Assembly: GCF_001186125.1 (NCBI RefSeq)
Contig: NW_014040445.1
Span: forward strand, 29,652-93,651
Length of the DNA stretch: 64,000 bases
Direction: 5' to 3'
Origin: Sphaeroforma arctica JP610
Taxonomy: Eukaryota
Below the pieces are notes generated by a model. That model did no database searches. It was not told the origin of the DNA and saw only the letters and a program-made list of their open reading frames with translations. This document shows positions 58,965-64,000 of this stretch, in pieces (position 1 is the first letter of the stretch; each line of letters begins with the position of its first letter). The translations under genes were made by a program, and so were the position numbers.

Positions 58965-60453
58965 ATATGGATATACATACATATGGATATATATATATAG
59001 TACGTATGCATGTATACTTGTAGAAGCACATGGATCTGCATATATCCTGTAAAAATGGATGCGCTGGCTTGGTACTATGTGCGATATGTTTTCTGCGTTC
59101 GCTACAGTGCTGCCATATTGGTCGGAGAGCCGCTGTATTCTGTTTGTGGTTAGGATAAACGCATGCGCGTTTGAAGTGGAAGCAGAGTTTTTGTTTAACT
59201 AATTTGGGTGATCATTTTGTTATTTACGCTAACTTGGCTACTTTACGTCAGTATTATGTCTGTAGTACTCGGCGTGCGGCTCACTTGGTGTTCTGATCTC
59301 CAAATTTGTCAAATAAAGTTTGAAGTTGAGCGTATAGGTTACCGACCTGTGGTAGAAGTATTTGAATGAAACACTGATTCGATACGTTCCAATCTGTACT
59401 GAACGCCTCTGTGCCGCTAGATTGAGAGTGTGTCTATTGTCGGCCTGTTGTAAAAATCTGGAAGAATTCCATTGTTTTTCGCCTCCGAATACTTAAAAGA
59501 GTCGTCCCAGGAACTACACAACTGAAATATTGATCCGAACTAATTAATTTTGCGCCGGCCGCTTTTATGTATAGTATACATCTGCCTCTATATACGATTC
59601 GATCGAAAGGTGTTTCACTTCTCATCTACGTGTCACCTTAGTGCGGCTCATTTCTTACTTCAGTTCCAATTCTTGAATGGTATTCCCGTTTTCTTGTTTC
59701 AAATACTGAAGTGTGGCATTGTAAAGCTTGTAGTGTATTTTGATTTGGGTCATCGAGGCTGTACAGTGCTTCTGAATTGTTCACGCAGTACTCGATAGAT
59801 CATTAGGAGGGAGTGGATTTTGTTTTGAGAATGTACTATTGAACACCGCGTATTGCGATTTGTACACTTTTAATGGTTTGTGTAAATTCGAATGTGACAT
59901 ATTCCTTTATACTCAACATAGTACTAGTTTCAGGTGTATGCTCGAGTTCCATTCGAATAGGTCAATTTGAGCTAACGAACTTGTCGCTATTCGTATATTT
60001 CAATATGGGGTTTTTTTAATAGATGATTTTACCTCATCTTACTTCATTGTTTCCCCTCGTGTATAATTAGGAGACTAAAGCTGGAGAAGGTGGCCAACAG
60101 AATCGCCATCATCCCTTTGCTACAGGCTGAAGAGGACAGAAGGTACAGTAGTGCTGGTACAGTGATATGTTGTCCCTTCGCACAGAATTTGTGTCTTTTG
60201 TAATATTTGGTGTCACTGTTAACATATACTTCTGCTGTTTGTTTCGTCATCGCGGGGATCGGAAGTGGTATTCAACATGCTCACCAACAATTTGACGTTT
60301 TTCTCTAGATTTTTGCGTGAGAAAACGAAGTTCCTTGCCGATGAGAAGATTCTGATGGAAGGTGTTCCCGGTTACGTTCCAGGGGAGCACTGGTACCACA
60401 CAGACCGATTCGTCCCACACACGAAAGTCGCAATCCTCGGAGAGATTCCCTAG
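57601..60453 (+). CDS. NDUFA13: NADH:ubiquinone oxidoreductase subunit A13 (GRIM-19), 4 exons
   Basis: MSTFKPPQEMPPPG / GFASVDFKRNLPRRGPQG..ENRKRR / RLKLEKVANRIAIIPLLQAEEDRR / FLRE..MEGVPGYVPGEHWYHTDRFVP, with GT-AG boundaries. Confidence 0.93.
58720..59020. repeat. Microsatellite inside an NDUFA13 intron
   Basis: (TA)n/(TG)n runs. Confidence 0.85.
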
Positions 60454-62939
60454 ACACTGCATCGAATTTTGCAGTAAAGTTTGCGTACTAGAAGAAATTT
60501 TTGCCGTTGTTCCTTGGTCCAGTATAATCATCATCAATTGATCAGTTCAGGCTGCATGTTGTGACGAGAAGCTTTCATTTTGCATCGAAATGAAAATCCA
60601 AGTATTCAAATAAACAAATCGGCACAATATAGACTACTCCTCATTTCTGTTATTCAATTAGTATTTTAGTTTAGCTTTTACAGCCAGCTGTTTGAAGTTT
60701 ATATGTAACTGATCTTTTTTACTATAGATGCATGTACAATGCCGATGCATAACCTCTCGTAAATTCTCAAAACGGCAGCAATCCAATCATAGAGTAAAGT
60801 ATATTTATAATATATACTTTCAAAGAGTAAATGTCAGCAGGCGACGCTGCTCAATAGCAAGAGTATAGCCCATTTTTATACAGAGGACATATACGTGGCT
60901 GGCGAGCTACAACATAAGCAGCATCAGCATTTTGCATTTAGGCCAATTTTAATATGCTCCTGCCATATAGAAGACGCACCGATGGTATGCAGATAGATAT
61001 TACCAATGAAATAAAAGCAGCTCGTAAGTCCGCTTTATTGAGAAGTATACCCGCCTATTGAGAAGCCTGTGGTATATATAGGAGTACACGTCGCGAATGA
61101 ATCTACTGTAGCGTAACAGATGATGCTGCTCATAATTATTCAATACATGAATCAAAACATATCTTTGGTTCGATAGAACGCAGCACAACATGCTCATTAT
61201 TTGGCCTCAAAACACCCCTTGCGAATTGTCTATAATCTTTTTCGAGTTTTCTTTTATGAGATATTGATTTGCTCGGCGCTGGAAAGTCCCAGATTCAATG
61301 TCTTGAATAATTTCAATCAGTAACTCTCAACACACTCACCGAAGTACCATAGTAGATGAAAAAAAGCAAATATAAGAGTAAGATGCGAGTACGAGCAGTA
61401 CATGGTGCCTGCATTTTTATGAAAACTTAACGCAACTACCTACAATCGTCTTTCCGCTTCTGTGCTATAAATTCGTATGCAAACTAGATAGTCCGCCGCA
61501 GCTTTGCACTCTCACGAATAACCTAGAAAGACAATAATCAAACATAGTTCGCAATAGCGTAACCGATGAGACCGCACACTATTTTCATTTGTAAGGTACA
61601 ATACAGATCTGATTTATTGATATGCTCGGGCTGTGGACCGTGATTCCAGCTATATACAACAAACTCTTTCTCGGCCATCATTCTCCCCCGTTGCCCCGAT
61701 CCCTCCTCTCACAGCAGAATCTCTCTTTAACACGAGTGTATCAACAACCGCCCTCCTTGAACACCTTGCTTGACCATTGCGCCAAATAAGAATATGCTCG
61801 CCATTGCCATATACTCTGCGAAGACAACCATTCGAATCCCGTCTAAAACGCCAATCCATCTTAGTAACATAATCACAGTTTACCGCAATCAAAGGCATAT
61901 GCCCACCGGATTAATCTTTCCATAAACACTGAACAAATAGTGTCACTCTATGCTATCAATTTTGCTTCGCACCGAATATTGGTATACGATTTCAAGAACA
62001 GCTAGAAATTTCCGAAATACTACTCTTACGAATATATAGCCCTCTCACCCTGTGGTAAACCGAGCCATACCCTAATTTTACAGTCGAATCCCTTAATTCA
62101 ATCGACCTCTATTTCGCAATAACTACTATTAGAATATAGTAGCACAGGCGCAGTCGGAACGTTTTTTTACCGTTCTTTCGCCATAATTACTTTCCTACAC
62201 AACGAGAAGCATCGCTCGACTAGGACCAAAGACGTGTTTGAGTCAGTTTGTCAATATCAATATTTTACAAGACCAACAATACTACTCTCCTAGATATTAC
62301 ACCCCGCGATTGAGGCATTATAAGCACACTATATACTCGCTCTTTCACTCGATGCGAAGTCATAAAAGTCTTCATGATAAGATTTAATCGTCATGCACCG
62401 GTAACTAGACAACACTTGGCAAATCATCCATCTAGTACACAAAACACAAGAAAGACAACAAGCTAGAAAATGTACCATAACTGCGTATTGACAAAAATCA
62501 AGCCGCATCACTAAGTCAAGCTAGAAAACGTACCATTAATAACAAAAGCGACGCATTTTCCATAGTATAATACGTACATGTACTTATCTCGACAGTTGTC
62601 GTATAGCTACATAATTCACATTCTACATTGACCACATACGAAACGTCTACACTTTCGCGCTATATAGAATAACTTTTCAAGTTAGGTTTGATATTTACTG
62701 CCAAGGATTGAGCCTACATTAGTACTTTGGAAACCCAAAAATAAACTAAATCAATAAATGCGTCCTGTGGGGGAAAACATCATAAACAAACTAAGAATCG
62801 ACAACAACGGTAGACACCCGGTATGTGTTTTACGTGCATGCCTATAGATGCATTCAAAATATCCAACAAGAACACACCTATGGAGAGTCCCCTAATGAAC
62901 ACCAGGTAATACTCAGCGAGATCATTTTAATGAAATAGA

Positions 62940-63973
62940 TTAAAACTTCATCAAGTGAGGGTACTGTCCTTTCTTCAATGAGAAGGTGGCAGCCAAGTAT
63001 GACTTCATCATGGGCTCCTTGGCGATCGCGCTAATAATGGCGCTATCAACCTCCTTTTGGTCGGAGACACGACTGGCAGCAGGGGCCTTCTTCTCCTGCA
63101 ACGCAACGTTCACAACATTATGTATACGAGTATCGAGTGAGTGTAAGCGCAACAAATCGATTCCCATTAAATATACCCAAAAAAACCCCGCTTCCATGGA
63201 ACAAGTACCTATAACATATATTTAAATCATTGTACCTTATCTCCGGTTGCGAAGAACTTCTTCTCCGACTTCTCGGTGGCACCGGTAGAGGGACGTGCAA
63301 AGTATGCATCATCGAACTTGTCAGCAACACTCACACCAGAGATGTCGATGGAAGTGGACGTGGCAATAACGTAAGCCTGGTTAATGCGACGAAGGGGTAC
63401 TCCGTTGATCTTGAAGGGTCCAGTCACAAGTAATAAGCCACTAGCCAATTGCTTGAGGAAGACGACACGCTGCGCATGTGAATGAAATATTACTATGGAT
63501 CAGTCACAAAATCTAGTTCTTATAATTTATACTAATACATTGTAAGAATCACATAGACTGCATTTCAAAAATAGAGTAGACCTCTATCACGAAATATTAC
63601 CCTAATAGTATATTTGTTACGTGATGCGAAAACGTACCTTTCCACGGTTAGGTCCGGAGAGACAGATTAATACGGTTCCGGGGGTGATGGAGGCACGAAG
63701 CTTGGCAGCCTTGGCGTGCTTGCGGTTTACAAGAGGACGAGGGGTATCCTCGGTGGCGTAGAAACGGCTCTCCTTTTGTAGGGGAACGGTACGTGTCTTA
63801 CCATTCTTATCACCGCCAATTTCCTTGGTCTTAGTGGTCGCAGGCGCAGCCTTCTCAGTGTTCTGAGTAGTCTTTTTGCGACGGTACAAGGCACGCTTCT
63901 TGTATACGGCGGCCCGACCGAGGCGGTTTACGCCAAAGGCCAAGTTTGAGTTTCTGGGTGCGTGATCAACCAT
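62940..63973 (-). CDS. RPL6: 60S ribosomal protein L6 (eL6); exons 63973-63638, 63469-63236, 63095-62940
   Basis: [61 protein letters not shown]...[19 protein letters not shown]; canonical GT-AG introns. Confidence 0.97.
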
Positions 63974-64000
63974 GGTTTCCCTAAGTAATATAACGCGCAA

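Noticed and set aside
61650..62540. 82-aa ORF and a short duplicated caagctagaaaa(t/c)gtaccat motif
   Set aside because: No recognisable domain, splice structure or RNA-gene signature.
63470..63637. Possible intronic snoRNA in RPL6 intron 1
   Set aside because: No convincing C/D or H/ACA box arrangement by eye.

Overview
AT-rich, intron-rich eukaryotic genomic window with long (TA)n/(TG)n fields and assembly gaps; the style suggests a unicellular opisthokont such as an ichthyosporean, but that is a guess. About 5-25 kb is a cluster of decayed transposons: a 5'-truncated non-LTR retrotransposon plus three short copies of its 3' end that all terminate at CCTA (two with clear TSDs), a Helitron RepHel pseudogene, a Ty1/Copia pseudo-element and a possible Crypton-like relic. 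The most notable signal is a phage-Dam/DIRS-type N6-adenine DNA methyltransferase-like domain inside the Copia pol, between protease and integrase. The rest holds host genes: a probable DDX55/SPB4 last exon, an intronless type I membrane protein, a JMJD5/KDM8-like JmjC gene, a multi-TM plus glycosyltransferase-like gene, USP7, a divergent importin-alpha, NDUFA13 and RPL6. All calls come from motif recognition by eye; no database searches were run, and many exon boundaries are approximate.
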